The notes below the pieces were generated by a model, which was not told where the DNA came from, ran no database searches, and worked only from the letters and a program-made list of their open reading frames with translations. Positions 1 through 10,493 of a DNA stretch of 32,852 nucleotides are shown piece after piece (position 1 is the stretch's first letter; every line of letters begins with the position of its first letter). This DNA is from a virus (Duplodnaviria > Caudoviricetes): positions 1-32,852 of IMG/VR virus record IMGVR_UViG_3300048578_000420, one strand, 5' to 3'. Made by a program: the position numbers and the translations under genes.

Positions 1-1164
1 ATGAGTGCTACAATTAAGGCTGAATTAGCCTATCGAAAAAAAAACAATGGGAAGCTTTCTATTCGTATTTCATATACGATAAAAGAACATACACTGTATT
101 TCACAACTGGATTAGAAATTGACGAATCACAGTGGGATATCAAGCAGGAAAAAATAAAAGGGAATAGTCCTGAGGTTAAGGATCAGAATTTAATTATCTC
201 AAGTTGCAAGTCTCGACTTAACGATATACTTGTACGTTACCGTTTGCTCCATACCGTGTTAACCCCTGATTTATTGCGAAAGGAGTGGAAACGACCTTCA
301 TTAATGATTGATGTACATAAGTTCATCGAAGAAGAAATGAAGCAGCAAGCAAAGGTCAAAGAGGCTTCTACAATAAAAAGCCATGGTTCAATGGCAACTC
401 ATTTAAAGGAGTTCAAACCTCATTTATCATTTACCGAATTTGACGAACAATGTTTAGAGGATTTTAGATATTATCTAAAAAGCAAAAAGCATCTAGCACA
501 AAGTAGTACACAGAAGTATCTTAAAAATCTTAACTTATATCTTAATATAGCTGTTCGTCGTAAGGTGATTCCTATCTCTCCTATGAAGGAATTTAAAATA
601 GGGCGAAGTAAAGGAACAATTGAATATTGTACAGAAAATGAATTGCGATCCTTATTCCATTTTTATCGCAAGCAATTACTGCCGGCTAACCTTCATAAAG
701 TATTGCGCGCTTATTTGTTCTCGTGTGTTACAGGATTGCGTTTAAGCGATATACAGCGAGTACAATGGAAAAACATTGTTGGATCTAAGTTGGTTTACGT
801 GCCTCACAAAACACGTAATATAAAAACAGATGTAATATATCTTCCTTTAAAAGCAGTTGCATGGGAGATCATTAATGAATCAAATGACGGAATAAAAAAA
901 GAAGGTAAGTTGATCGAGACATTTGCCGACCAGGTGATGCAACGCTATATCAAAAAGATATTTGATAATTGTGGAATTGGCAGGACGTTAAATTACCATA
1001 CCTCACGACATACTTTTGCAACTTATTTTTACAAACACACAAAAGACCTAATAGCCTTGCAAAAACTATTAGGTCATTCAGATGTTCGAGAAACGATGAT
1101 ATATGCGCACGTTGATGACGAAGAAATTGAGAGAGAAATGGATGTATTTGATAAATTGATTTAG
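1..1164 (+). CDS. int: Tyrosine recombinase / phage integrase with N-terminal arm-binding and SAM-like domains
   Basis: Catalytic motifs TGLRLSD (R), HTSRHT (HxxR), LGHS (H) and TMIYAHV (Y). 387 aa. N-terminus is of the Bacteroidota integrase type (FTTGLEIDESQWD). Confidence 0.95.
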   Translation: MSATIKAELAYRKKNNGKLSIRISYTIKEHTLYFTTGLEIDESQWDIKQEKIKGNSPEVKDQNLIISSCKSRLNDILVRYRLLHTVLTPDLLRKEWKRPSLMIDVHKFIEEEMKQQAKVKEASTIKSHGSMATHLKEFKPHLSFTEFDEQCLEDFRYYLKSKKHLAQSSTQKYLKNLNLYLNIAVRRKVIPISPMKEFKIGRSKGTIEYCTENELRSLFHFYRKQLLPANLHKVLRAYLFSCVTGLRLSDIQRVQWKNIVGSKLVYVPHKTRNIKTDVIYLPLKAVAWEIINESNDGIKKEGKLIETFADQVMQRYIKKIFDNCGIGRTLNYHTSRHTFATYFYKHTKDLIALQKLLGHSDVRETMIYAHVDDEEIEREMDVFDKLI

Positions 1165-3878
1165 ATTTTAATAAGCTCCGAATCTCCAAAAATCAGTTTG
1201 TTTTGACCAAAATCAAGGGTTTCTTCTATTTGCTTAACGATATAAGCATTGTCTTTTATTTTAAATAACCGAAGCCAATTACCTGAAGCGTATATTTCTT
1301 CAGTATAATCAATCTGAGATTTAATTGTTTTACCATGATTGATTTGCCAATCAATATACGCTTTCCACAATTTTTCATACAATCCATTTTCGCCTCCCAT
1401 TTCAATTGCAAATGGAACATTGTAATCAAATCCGGTAGGTGTTTTATCTGCGTAGTTGCTTTCAAATACTGAGTTTCTAAAACCTATAGCGCGGCAAAAT
1501 AACACCCCACTTTCTGGGCGTAGATCTTTCTCGTAAATACTAAATGTCCCCGGTTGCGAGATATATGGTAGATAAGCATCGATTGTTTCTTCTACAATTG
1601 AAAAGCTTACATTATAACAGCTGCCTAGCTGAATAGGAGTGTATTCATTTCTGTTTTTCATAATTATCCATCCGGCAAGATCTCCAACACCTGCCGTTAT
1701 TTCAAAATCTTTCAATTCTTTAGAGGCTTTTAATGCGTCTAAAATTGTCGATGATGTTTCGAATAGCCCTTGTGTATCAATGTCATATTCGTTTTGATAG
1801 ATGTCTGGAATAGCCGAGTATTTATATTTAACGGATGTGCCTCCAACTATTAATTCAAAACTAGATCCGACACTTCCACCTGACAGTACCTTTAATCGGG
1901 TTATTGTGTGACAAAATTGTAAAGGAACACCTGCGTCGCTTTCGATTGAAAGAACGTTGTTTTGCGCGCCTGTGTGCGATTTAATTGCTATGTAATTATA
2001 TGAGGCAAGTTTCCAATTGCCTAGGTTTGCCAAATAGTTCGACGAGTATTTATATAACGAATTATCCTTCACGCATTTATATAGAGCCTCATTGCTTATA
2101 TTATCGGATGGCGGATTATTCCCTTCTATTCCAATAACATAAGAATCAAGTTCTTTTATGTTTTTCGATAAATCGTTTTTCGTTCCTGTTAGACTCAATT
2201 TAAAAGAGTCGTAACCGTTTAATTGTGTTTCAGTTATAACGCCTGCTAATTCGCTTATGTCGATCGGAACTTGTGATAAAATGTAATTCCACGATTCGAG
2301 ATAAGCAGTGCGATTTTGAATATTCAGCGCTAAGGCAAAGGTGTTCTTTGTTGCTTTTAAAAACTCATTTACAGAAACATAAGGTAAATGCTTTGTTAAA
2401 TCAAATTCGAAAACATCGTTTACCTCACCTTTGAAAAATGGTTGAATAGGTACATGAAACACCTTGCATTTTTTAAACAATACATGAGTGGCGGGCATGG
2501 TAGGTAAACCGATTTTATACTCACACCTTATATTAGCTTCTTCTGATACTGCTGAAATAACTTTAATCGTTGCCCAATCATGATAATTCTCAATAAAATC
2601 ACCTTTTGTAAAGTCAAAATACTTTGAATAAGGCTTTTCGCGTACTGTTGCATCTGTATTTTTATTCAGCTCATAGGCAAGTTCACGCCTCAATATTCTA
2701 AAGCGTTTCTCATCAACAATCTGGTCTATAGTTGTTTCAATCAGGTTGTCAATGTATATCATCATGCCTGCAGTTAGTTTTGACGTGTCACTAACCGTAA
2801 TAAGCAAACTCGAATAACTCTTTAAATTATCTAACCAAGTTTGCCAATCACTGGCCGAAAGAATAAAATCTCCTGTGTAGTTTTTTACAAGAAAATCTTC
2901 ATAACCGCTTAAGTCAATGCCGTTTTCAAGTGTAATGCTTTCAATTTCAACACCGCAAACAATGTCTTTATCGATCGCTAAATTCTTTATTGAAAACTGG
3001 CCGTAATGTCTTAACGTACCTTCCTTTTTTGCCGACCGGGTTAAACCTGTTGCTTGAGTATTAATTTTTCGGCCATCGGCATCAATTGATACAAAGCAGT
3101 TATAAGGCATAGCAAGATCGCTACCAAAATAACCACCTGTTTGTTGGTACCGATAGCAAATAGTTGCTTTTGGTTCATCGCCTGCAGTAATAGAGACTAA
3201 CCAGGCATACCAATTATTATCCGGAACGCCAAAATATAACCACTTGGTATTTAGATTATTGTAAACCCAAATATCTTTTAAATTTGAGAGTGAGTTACTG
3301 GCTAGTGTTATTCCACTATTTTTAAAAAGCATTGCTAATGCTTTGTTTAACTTTAAAAAAGGAATAACAATAGGAGAATCTTTTGATTGATTTATTATTG
3401 AATAATCTATTCCGGCAATGTTGTCAAAATCGAGTCCGAGTTCTTTTCCAAAATTGGTTGTTTTACAAGGCGCAAAAATGAAAGGATATTTATCCGGATT
3501 AGTTAAGGTGTCGGCAATATCATTTTTGTTGAAACTAACGACTTCTGGCGATAAATCGGTGCATTTGGTCGCGTTTGCTAACGTATAAAAGTCAGTATTT
3601 TCGATAAATGAAAATTCAACTCCTTCTTCACTAACAGATGTAACGGTACATATTCCTTCATGATGTTTGAAACTTATTTCAATTATCATTTGAAATGATT
3701 TTCCGATCATATTGTAGCTCTCAGGTAAATGAATAAAACCAATTGCATCGGTAAGTTCATCGCAAAATGGAACTACAAAAGGGAAAGTCCATGTACTTTC
3801 ATCAACTACAGCCGTATTAACTTCTGTAAGTTGAATTATACCCGAAAATGGGATTTCTATATTGTTAATTTTTATCAT
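1161..3878 (-). CDS. Large minor tail / tail-tip protein (905 aa)
   Basis: Last gene of the tail operon. N-terminal TWTFPFVVP and C-terminal GENGLYEKLWKAYIDW...IVKQIE segments resemble Bacteroidota phage tail-tip proteins. Its stop overlaps the integrase stop. Confidence 0.6.
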   Translation of the reverse strand: MIKINNIEIPFSGIIQLTEVNTAVVDESTWTFPFVVPFCDELTDAIGFIHLPESYNMIGKSFQMIIEISFKHHEGICTVTSVSEEGVEFSFIENTDFYTLANATKCTDLSPEVVSFNKNDIADTLTNPDKYPFIFAPCKTTNFGKELGLDFDNIAGIDYSIINQSKDSPIVIPFLKLNKALAMLFKNSGITLASNSLSNLKDIWVYNNLNTKWLYFGVPDNNWYAWLVSITAGDEPKATICYRYQQTGGYFGSDLAMPYNCFVSIDADGRKINTQATGLTRSAKKEGTLRHYGQFSIKNLAIDKDIVCGVEIESITLENGIDLSGYEDFLVKNYTGDFILSASDWQTWLDNLKSYSSLLITVSDTSKLTAGMMIYIDNLIETTIDQIVDEKRFRILRRELAYELNKNTDATVREKPYSKYFDFTKGDFIENYHDWATIKVISAVSEEANIRCEYKIGLPTMPATHVLFKKCKVFHVPIQPFFKGEVNDVFEFDLTKHLPYVSVNEFLKATKNTFALALNIQNRTAYLESWNYILSQVPIDISELAGVITETQLNGYDSFKLSLTGTKNDLSKNIKELDSYVIGIEGNNPPSDNISNEALYKCVKDNSLYKYSSNYLANLGNWKLASYNYIAIKSHTGAQNNVLSIESDAGVPLQFCHTITRLKVLSGGSVGSSFELIVGGTSVKYKYSAIPDIYQNEYDIDTQGLFETSSTILDALKASKELKDFEITAGVGDLAGWIIMKNRNEYTPIQLGSCYNVSFSIVEETIDAYLPYISQPGTFSIYEKDLRPESGVLFCRAIGFRNSVFESNYADKTPTGFDYNVPFAIEMGGENGLYEKLWKAYIDWQINHGKTIKSQIDYTEEIYASGNWLRLFKIKDNAYIVKQIEETLDFGQNKLIFGDSELIKI

Positions 3879-5428
3879 GATAGATAATCGTCATTAAAGT
3901 CGTCGTCAAAATCACCGATGTCAATAGGAAGTAATGGTTGTGCCGCTACCATATAATCATCAGACTGAGCCAATTCAACTTCGAATTCGAGAAAAGGGAA
4001 ATCATCATCATCGGTTAAGATGTCGTAAGCTTTTGCGCTTACTTGTACCGGAGCTAATGTGCCGGATCTGATCCAATAGACTTCGCCAGAACGCAAAAAC
4101 TCTTGATATTCGATTGAGAGTGCAGCTTCTTCATAACCTGTGTTTATATTATACTTAATAGAGGCTGAATCACTTAACTGTCGAGTACTTGCATTTTGTT
4201 CGGTGAAATCATTCGGGAGCGAAACGCGAGATATTGATTTAACAACATCGAGAACTTGTTTTGCCTTTCCTGTTGTTCTTATAATATCGTAAGCTCCTAA
4301 TGAGTTACGATAAAGCCAATAGCGAGCAAATTGGTAGTAGTTGTAATCTATTTCGAAATGTCGTTTTTCTGATACGGCAATGCCAGCTTTCTCAATCCAA
4401 ACTTCGTAATCTCTTAATGCTGCATTATCATTTACTGTACGTACATCAGACCAAGCACAACATACTTCAATGGTTTGATAAGCTGCTGCCGAAATTGTAG
4501 CTAATTGCTCAATAACTGGCGCGGATCCATCAACATACCATTTTTGCACTTTAAGCACATAGGTGCCTGCACTTTGCGCAATGAAGTATAATTTTTGAGG
4601 CGAATAAATATCAGTTTGACGCGAGATATTGCGCCAGCTCAAGAACATTTTACTTGAATTAAGAACATCAGCAAAGCTTTTTGAAGCACTATTCATGCTT
4701 GCTAAACGTGTTTCGCTGAGCTTACCTGGTAAGCAATAAAATGTTGTCCCGGCAACATAGTCTTTTAAAACTGCAGGAATATTTTGTTGTAAAAAAACTT
4801 GAGGCGTGTACTTTTCTAAAATGCTGTGTAAAAACATTTTAGCCGTATTAGGAAAATTGTAAAATCCACGCCTTGACTTCGGTAATAATAGCGATACATT
4901 GAATGAGATCTCGCCAGTAAAACCATTCCCTGTTGCGCTTGGCAATGATTCAATAGGACCAATAAGTTTTGAACTTCCGTTTTTCTGCAAGCCTAATAAC
5001 CATCTGCTATTTTCTGCAATTTTTGGCATCCCGGAATAACTTTTATTGAATGTTAAAACGATATTGGTACAATCGCCTAATTCAATAGAAGGTATTTCGC
5101 CCGATCGGGTTGTGAGATAAATTGTATTGCCTGCTTTTGTTACGACAAAGTATCTAACGAGCACGGCCGTAACCGATAAGCAGGCAAATAAATCGGTTGA
5201 ATATTGACGATCGGTTAAAACAGGAGTAGCTGCGTATGTAAAGGTATATGTAACATCATTGATAATGAGATTAAACGACGATCCGGCACTAATACCCGAA
5301 GTTGGTGTAATAGATACCGATGATATTACGCCTGACGAAGAAAAGGCAGACGCATAACTAACTTTAATAACAGCATCGTTTCCTGAAGCTATTATTATTG
5401 GAACTTGTTTTATGATTGTTATTGCCAT
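3875..5428 (-). CDS. Minor tail / baseplate-like structural protein (517 aa)
   Basis: Beta-rich. Contains the motif WLYRNSLGAYDIIRTTG seen in Bacteroidota phage tail proteins. Acidic C-terminus GDFDDDFNDDY. Overlaps the next gene by 4 nt. Confidence 0.6.
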   Translation of the reverse strand: MAITIIKQVPIIIASGNDAVIKVSYASAFSSSGVISSVSITPTSGISAGSSFNLIINDVTYTFTYAATPVLTDRQYSTDLFACLSVTAVLVRYFVVTKAGNTIYLTTRSGEIPSIELGDCTNIVLTFNKSYSGMPKIAENSRWLLGLQKNGSSKLIGPIESLPSATGNGFTGEISFNVSLLLPKSRRGFYNFPNTAKMFLHSILEKYTPQVFLQQNIPAVLKDYVAGTTFYCLPGKLSETRLASMNSASKSFADVLNSSKMFLSWRNISRQTDIYSPQKLYFIAQSAGTYVLKVQKWYVDGSAPVIEQLATISAAAYQTIEVCCAWSDVRTVNDNAALRDYEVWIEKAGIAVSEKRHFEIDYNYYQFARYWLYRNSLGAYDIIRTTGKAKQVLDVVKSISRVSLPNDFTEQNASTRQLSDSASIKYNINTGYEEAALSIEYQEFLRSGEVYWIRSGTLAPVQVSAKAYDILTDDDDFPFLEFEVELAQSDDYMVAAQPLLPIDIGDFDDDFNDDYLS

Positions 5429-5439
5429 TTCTTAAATTT

Positions 5440-6726
5440 TTATACATAACTCTCATTGTTTTGATACGCACAACACGCAGGCGTTGTAAGGGCTGCCCAT
5501 TGCGCATCGGTATAGGTTGTTTGCGCGTTGATAACTGTGCCATTCCGGTACTTCAGCGATTTCCAACTCTGTTGCGTGAAAGTTTGTGAACCAATAGTTA
5601 CAATCGGATAAGCGTTTCCTTCAACGTCTGTTGGCGGTGTTGCGATATTCCAGTTTTTATTGCGTACAAAACGAACACTTCCCGAATAGTAGTAATCGTT
5701 CGCTCCATTGAGCGTAACATCTGTATAGCTATTAAGGATCGACATGTCATTGCTATAATTAGCCATGATGTCGGTTGCTGACCAAAAGTGAACCATTACG
5801 CCTAATTGCATAAATGCCCCGGCACTACCTCTATATCCTGCTCCAAGTGCTTTGAATCCGGATTCGGGAGTGAGTACCGTATTAACACCGCTCCAATGAA
5901 TCAGTCCCGGTTCTTTCAGCTTACCGCCCGCACTGTTGTAAGTGTTACTATCTACAAATGTACCCCCGGCATCGAGCGCCAATTGCGCTAATTCATCCTT
6001 TGTAGGCAAATGATATCCGGCAGGTGCAAGACTATATGAAGGAGCTAAATTGTACCATATACTTGCGCCTGTTGTAAGAGCTAAAAAAGAAGTAATAGAG
6101 GTGCTTAATGCAACTGTCGATCCATCTCTGTACTTCGATGTTTGAGCGTTTTCGGCTGTCCATACCTGTGTGCCGATTTTGACAGTCGGTAGCACATAGC
6201 CATCGTTTTCTACACAAAAACCTGTATCGTTTGAATCGTCCTTAATATATCTGACTCCCAACCCCCATTCGCGATTACCGTAAGTGTAATAAGTATAATT
6301 CGTATTTGGTTGAAAGTCCATATACCAAGCCTTTACACCATCGTAGTAGCTTGTCCATATCCCGGTATATTTTAAATCTGAAAATGCATCTGAACTAAAA
6401 AGCGATCCGGCAGCAAACACATTGAAACCAAATTCGTTAGTAGGTACAAGGTTTCCTCCATTACTTGTGTAAAATGAAGGTTCTCTCAATTTATATCCTA
6501 AATTTTCCCCACCAATAGCCGTAAGCAGTGCCGTTTTTTCTGCTTGAGTTGGGATATGCCAACCAACAGGTGCAAGTCCGCGTGCGTCGGCAACTGCATA
6601 GTAATTATACAGTCTACCTTTTGACCGTGCACGAGCAGCTAATACATTATACTGCCTTCCGTAAGTAAAAACAGGACCAGTAACGCGCTTTAAGTTGCGC
6701 GAATGAAAATCGAGCATCCTACTCAT
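5440..6726 (-). CDS. FISUMP (Fib_succ_major, C-type-lectin-like) domain protein, probable receptor-binding protein; two permuted domains
   Basis: Family motifs [32 protein letters not shown] and [13 protein letters not shown], then a second set [27 protein letters not shown] and [15 protein letters not shown]. Confidence 0.85.
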   Translation of the reverse strand: MSRMLDFHSRNLKRVTGPVFTYGRQYNVLAARARSKGRLYNYYAVADARGLAPVGWHIPTQAEKTALLTAIGGENLGYKLREPSFYTSNGGNLVPTNEFGFNVFAAGSLFSSDAFSDLKYTGIWTSYYDGVKAWYMDFQPNTNYTYYTYGNREWGLGVRYIKDDSNDTGFCVENDGYVLPTVKIGTQVWTAENAQTSKYRDGSTVALSTSITSFLALTTGASIWYNLAPSYSLAPAGYHLPTKDELAQLALDAGGTFVDSNTYNSAGGKLKEPGLIHWSGVNTVLTPESGFKALGAGYRGSAGAFMQLGVMVHFWSATDIMANYSNDMSILNSYTDVTLNGANDYYYSGSVRFVRNKNWNIATPPTDVEGNAYPIVTIGSQTFTQQSWKSLKYRNGTVINAQTTYTDAQWAALTTPACCAYQNNESYV

Positions 6727-8830
6727 ATGCAGCTACGTTTACTTGTTTAATTGTACCGTCTACGTTCAAGAACGAAAACGTATTTGTTTTACCCGCTTCA
6801 ACTGCTGCAGTAGCAATTTTTTTCCAACCGGTTGGCATACTAACTGTAATGCCTGCGTTTACGGTTAGTATGAGCAAGCACGTATCTCCAACAGGTATAC
6901 CTGTTACTGTAAAATTCGTAATGTTGGCAGTCGCTGTAGCTATTATGATACCTCGATTTGTGAAATCGAACGTAGGTGTGCCGGATACATTTCCTTGAGC
7001 ATATGTTGCATATTTTTTAAAAAAATCAGTGTCTTTAAAGCCGTTAAGCAAATCGGCGTTAAGATTTGTAACAAGATTTGTATTAGCCATTGAGCCTCCT
7101 GTTTTTGGTAGTGCTTCGTTGGCTGTATCTTGAGCAGCTTTAATTAATGCCTCAGTATCTTCATATGCAACGATGTAATCTGTTGCTCTATTGCCACTTT
7201 CGAGCTTTAATTCAGAAATAGTTATGGTCTGACTTGAGTAAATTACAAAATGAGTCTGAGTATCGCGAGTGAAATTAACCTGCGCCGTGTAAATTAAATC
7301 CGTACCAGCGGGTAAGGTAGGCGTTAACTCAAAACTTCCATCAAAGCCTTCTATCGTGCCTAATGAAATTCCGATACTATTCCCGACCGAGCAAGTGTAT
7401 TTGAATTTTAAAATAAAACTACCAGTCACCATTTTATTTGAAATAGCCCAGATCATCCATCCTTCCCCATATCGCGACTTTGCTGTTCCAGTCCCTAAAA
7501 GCAAATTTCGCCCGCCTACTTGGATATTTTCGGCTGTGGCTTTTGCAGCATCGGCAGTAGTTTTAATGGCTGTAATTTGCGCCTGTAGCTTACCAAACGC
7601 TACAATAATTGAATCGGTTGCCGTTATTGCTAAATTACTTGCAAAAGATAAGCCTGAAAGTATTGTGTTAAGAACTCTACTCGTTGTGAAGTAAAGAAAA
7701 GAGGGGTCTTCTGTGACAGCAGCGGTAGAGCCGGGGCTCGCCGCTATATTCACGTATGTAGAGCCCGACCAACGATATATCTTGTCGGTAGCTAAATCGG
7801 TGTAAATTTTCCCCGATTCGCCAGTTGCCGGGAATGCCGATTTTGTAGCAAACTCAAGAACATCATCGACATACGAGGGTAGTAAGGTAGATGGAACCTT
7901 TCCTGTAGCATCGAGACCGGCATAGCCATTTGCAGTGTTTTTGTTAGCTACGTTTTCGGGGGTGTAACCAAGGTTGTCTTGCTTATTATTCTTAAGAAAT
8001 TGAAGTGAAGCATTTATCTTAGAAATGCCCTGAAGCAAGCTATCTGTTGGCAATGCTAATACAAATGACACTGCTGTATTTAATAACCCGGTAAGGAATC
8101 CTAAAACACCATCGGCACCAGTATCACCTTTTAATCCTTGAATACCTTGTATGCCTTGAGCGCCAGTTGCGCCTGTTGCTCCTTTTAATGAGCTTAAGAA
8201 ATTTGCAATTGTTCCGGAGTTTCCTGCTTCTAACCAGATTTGATATGCTGTTTTGCCATCGGCACCAGTATCACCTTTTACACCTTGAATACCTTGTATC
8301 CCTTGAGCTCCTGTTGCGCCAGTTGCGCCAATTGGACCTTGCGCACCTGTTGCGCCAATTTCACCTTTAAGTGAATTTAAAAAAACTAAAACAGAGCCAG
8401 AATTTCCTTGTTCTATCCAAAGCTGATATGCACTTTTACCATCAGCGCCAGTTGCACCAGTTGCACCAGTAAAGCCTTGTATCCCTTGTATGCCTTGTGC
8501 TCCTGTTGCACCAATTTCTCCTTGAGCTCCTGTTGCGCCTTTTTCGCCTTTTAACGAGTATAAGAAATCCGAAACTGATCCAGTATTACCTTGATCTAAC
8601 CAAACTTGATATGCACTTTTGCCATCAGGACCAGGTGTTAATTCTATTTCTGATAATTTTATATCAATATCTTTTGCTGTATAAAACAGTCCGAGAGCAG
8701 ATACTACGAATGAGGTAATGTTTCGTAAAACACCATTTAATATAATACCAGTGATATTACGCGCATTGTTCTTTTTTATCTTTTCGTCAATATTGCTTAA
8801 TACATTATCATGCAGTGTGTTAAGATCCAT
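6719..8830 (-). CDS. Collagen-like tail fibre protein (703 aa)
   Basis: Gly-X-Y runs alternate with three GKSAYQxW..GNxG..FLxSLKG units. Also has the fibre modules [31 protein letters not shown] and NLNADLLNG. Confidence 0.85.
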   Translation of the reverse strand: MDLNTLHDNVLSNIDEKIKKNNARNITGIILNGVLRNITSFVVSALGLFYTAKDIDIKLSEIELTPGPDGKSAYQVWLDQGNTGSVSDFLYSLKGEKGATGAQGEIGATGAQGIQGIQGFTGATGATGADGKSAYQLWIEQGNSGSVLVFLNSLKGEIGATGAQGPIGATGATGAQGIQGIQGVKGDTGADGKTAYQIWLEAGNSGTIANFLSSLKGATGATGAQGIQGIQGLKGDTGADGVLGFLTGLLNTAVSFVLALPTDSLLQGISKINASLQFLKNNKQDNLGYTPENVANKNTANGYAGLDATGKVPSTLLPSYVDDVLEFATKSAFPATGESGKIYTDLATDKIYRWSGSTYVNIAASPGSTAAVTEDPSFLYFTTSRVLNTILSGLSFASNLAITATDSIIVAFGKLQAQITAIKTTADAAKATAENIQVGGRNLLLGTGTAKSRYGEGWMIWAISNKMVTGSFILKFKYTCSVGNSIGISLGTIEGFDGSFELTPTLPAGTDLIYTAQVNFTRDTQTHFVIYSSQTITISELKLESGNRATDYIVAYEDTEALIKAAQDTANEALPKTGGSMANTNLVTNLNADLLNGFKDTDFFKKYATYAQGNVSGTPTFDFTNRGIIIATATANITNFTVTGIPVGDTCLLILTVNAGITVSMPTGWKKIATAAVEAGKTNTFSFLNVDGTIKQVNVAAYE
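8115..8630 (-). repeat. Intragenic collagen (GXY) and three-fold GKSAYQ-unit repeats
   Basis: Repeated gcgccagtt/gcaccagtt/ccttgtat 9-mers and three 'gatatgc(a/t)(c/g)tttt(g/a)ccatc' units in the DNA. Boundaries approximate. Confidence 0.85.
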
Positions 8831-8839
8831 AACTAGGGT

Positions 8840-9316
8840 TTAAAAGAATTTGAGTCGGATAAAAAATGCGGCACCTACAATAAGTAATATAAATGCGCTA
8901 ATAGTGTATTTATTAACCCAATTGGTTGTTTTTATATCCTTTGTTATTGTAGTATTTGATTTGTCTAAATTGATGTCAGTATGCTTGTTAGCATTTGTTT
9001 GAGCAATAATATTATCACTCTTTTTTATCGAATTGGTTTCTGTTTTAGTCGTTTTTTTACGATGTATCTGTTTTGTAGGTAGGCTCTTAATGCCTGCCGA
9101 ATCTTTGACAACAGAGAAGTCTGTAATTGTTTCTTCTTCAATTACAGTTTTCGACGAGTCATTCTGATTAATAGTTGTATTCGTTTCTACTTTTTGAGCA
9201 GCAGTAGAATCGATACTCATTGTTTTCGATTCTTTTTCAAGCTGTTTATCAATGTGTTTTGTTGTGCTGCACGATAGACAACACAACAATATCAAACTAA
9301 CAATAAAGGCTCTCAT
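8840..9316 (-). CDS. Unimolecular spanin-like lipoprotein (start reassigned to MRAFIV at 9316)
   Basis: N-terminal lipoprotein signal MRAFIVSLILLCCLSC, a Thr/Lys-rich middle and a C-terminal TM helix (ISAFILLIVGAAFFI). Directly follows the endolysin with a 4-nt ATGA overlap. Confidence 0.75.
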   Translation of the reverse strand: MRAFIVSLILLCCLSCSTTKHIDKQLEKESKTMSIDSTAAQKVETNTTINQNDSSKTVIEEETITDFSVVKDSAGIKSLPTKQIHRKKTTKTETNSIKKSDNIIAQTNANKHTDINLDKSNTTITKDIKTTNWVNKYTISAFILLIVGAAFFIRLKFF

Positions 9317-9831
9317 TTCTGAAAAGTGTAAGAGTTTATACGATTTTTCCAACCACTCAAAAACTTGTATTGCGAAGGATCCGCATTGCATATTTTCTCT
9401 ACAAAATTTAATCGTGAGGTTTTAATGAGGTTAAAGAACATTTCCGGATCAATTGAATTGACAGCTTTTAGCGTTATAGGTCCTACAAGACCATCTTGTT
9501 CAAGACCTAAAATGCGTTGTGGAATTTTTACTCCATACGAGCCACTACACCAAACCCAATCAACTAAAATATTGGCAATTGATTGATTTGCAATATTATC
9601 AGCTGCCCACCTTTTCCAAAAATGTTGGTAAATGCGAATAGCATCAGCGCGTGTAATGAGCATTAAATCGCGCGAATCAATATCCCCATCACCATCTAAA
9701 TCGTATCCGAATTGTTTCCAAGTAGTAAGCGTTACGCCCATTTTTGTAAGGCCTCCACGATCTATCTTATCATCAGATTTACCACCTTCCCATAGCAGCG
9801 ATTTAGCTGCAGCGAGTTCAACCTTCGCCAT
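9313..9831 (-). CDS. Endolysin, glycoside hydrolase family 108 with C-terminal peptidoglycan-binding domain (start reassigned to MAKVEL)
   Basis: EGG...DRGGLTKMGVT catalytic region, QDGLVGPITLKAVN, and C-terminal FLSGWKNRI. Confidence 0.9.
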   Translation of the reverse strand: MAKVELAAAKSLLWEGGKSDDKIDRGGLTKMGVTLTTWKQFGYDLDGDGDIDSRDLMLITRADAIRIYQHFWKRWAADNIANQSIANILVDWVWCSGSYGVKIPQRILGLEQDGLVGPITLKAVNSIDPEMFFNLIKTSRLNFVEKICNADPSQYKFLSGWKNRINSYTFQK

Positions 9832-10087
9832 TTTCTTTGTATTTTTTTTTGTACTTACATGCGCGGCATTTTTCTTCAAACTGCAGCGTTATTTCGTCAA
9901 TTTCAACTCTAAGTTTGTCAACCTCTTTTCGCAGATCTTCGGTTAATTCGCGCCATATTCTTACCGCTTTGGCTGTTGCATCAAGTTCTGTATTTTGAGC
10001 TTGAGCTTTTGTAAGCCGTTTTCCGGCAAAGAAGGAACCGATTGAGCTAATGAGCCCAATCGCTGCAATCCAATCGCTACTTAACAT
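9818..10087 (-). CDS. Single-TM coiled-coil protein in the lysis cassette (holin/antiholin-like)
   Basis: N-terminal hydrophobic helix WIAAIGLISSIGSFFAG followed by a coiled coil. Start reassigned to MLSSDW. Confidence 0.6.
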   Translation of the reverse strand: MLSSDWIAAIGLISSIGSFFAGKRLTKAQAQNTELDATAKAVRIWRELTEDLRKEVDKLRVEIDEITLQFEEKCRACKYKKKYKENGEG

Positions 10088-10262
10088 CAGTTTTGGAAAA
10101 TGGGAGTTTGTCTTTGCTGAATAAAAAACCAGCCCCAACGGGTATAATTAGAAGTAATCCATCGACGTTGACTTTGCCAAACCATAGCGCAATACATGCC
10201 CCAACGATTAAGCCAATACCGATAGCCGATGAGATCCAATTTTTAACTATTCTTTCTTTCAT
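10077..10262 (-). CDS. Small two-TM holin-like protein (61 aa, start MKERIV)
   Basis: KNWISSAIGIGLIVGACIALWFG and LLLIIPVGAGFLFSKD. First gene of the lysis cassette. Confidence 0.7.
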   Translation of the reverse strand: MKERIVKNWISSAIGIGLIVGACIALWFGKVNVDGLLLIIPVGAGFLFSKDKLPFSKTDVK

Positions 10263-10301
10263 GCTCTGGATTGTTAAGGGTTTAAATTTTGTTCTGTAGT
10301 T

Positions 10302-10335
10302 CAAAAATACCTTACGAGCATTGAGGGTAGGGGAC
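10302..10335 (-). promoter_or_regulatory. Putative late promoter copy A (lysis/tail fibre operon)
   Basis: Minus strand GTCCC-N21-TATTTTTG upstream of the holin. Confidence 0.65.
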
Positions 10336-10338
10336 AAA

Positions 10339-10365
10339 AAAAGCCTACCGGATAGGCAGGCTTTT
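10339..10365 (-). terminator. Intrinsic terminator
   Basis: AAAAGCCT...AGGCTTTT inverted repeat with a T-run on the minus strand. Confidence 0.7.
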
Positions 10366-10486
10366 AAAGCACAAGAGATATGAACTCTTTTAAATGAGAT
10401 TCGGCATACTCCTTTTGCTCGGGAGTGCCATTTTTAAGATGCTCAATATCTTCATTGAGCAATTCTTTTAATGTTTTTTGATTCAT
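10364..10486 (-). CDS. 40-aa small protein absent from the ORF track (MNQKTLKELLNEDIEHLKNGTPEQKEYAESHLKEFISLVL)
   Basis: Translated by hand. It has its own promoter and structured leader upstream and a terminator at its stop. Confidence 0.55.
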   Translation of the reverse strand: MNQKTLKELLNEDIEHLKNGTPEQKEYAESHLKEFISLVL

Positions 10487-10493
10487 ATGTAAA

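Noticed and set aside
1140-1200. att site next to the integrase
   Set aside because: The integrase and tail gene stop codons overlap, leaving no intergenic space. Any att site is probably upstream of position 1.
5440-6726. Diversity-generating retroelement targeting the FISUMP gene
   Set aside because: FISUMP genes are common DGR targets, but I saw no reverse transcriptase and no adenine-variant template repeat in this window. One could lie outside it.
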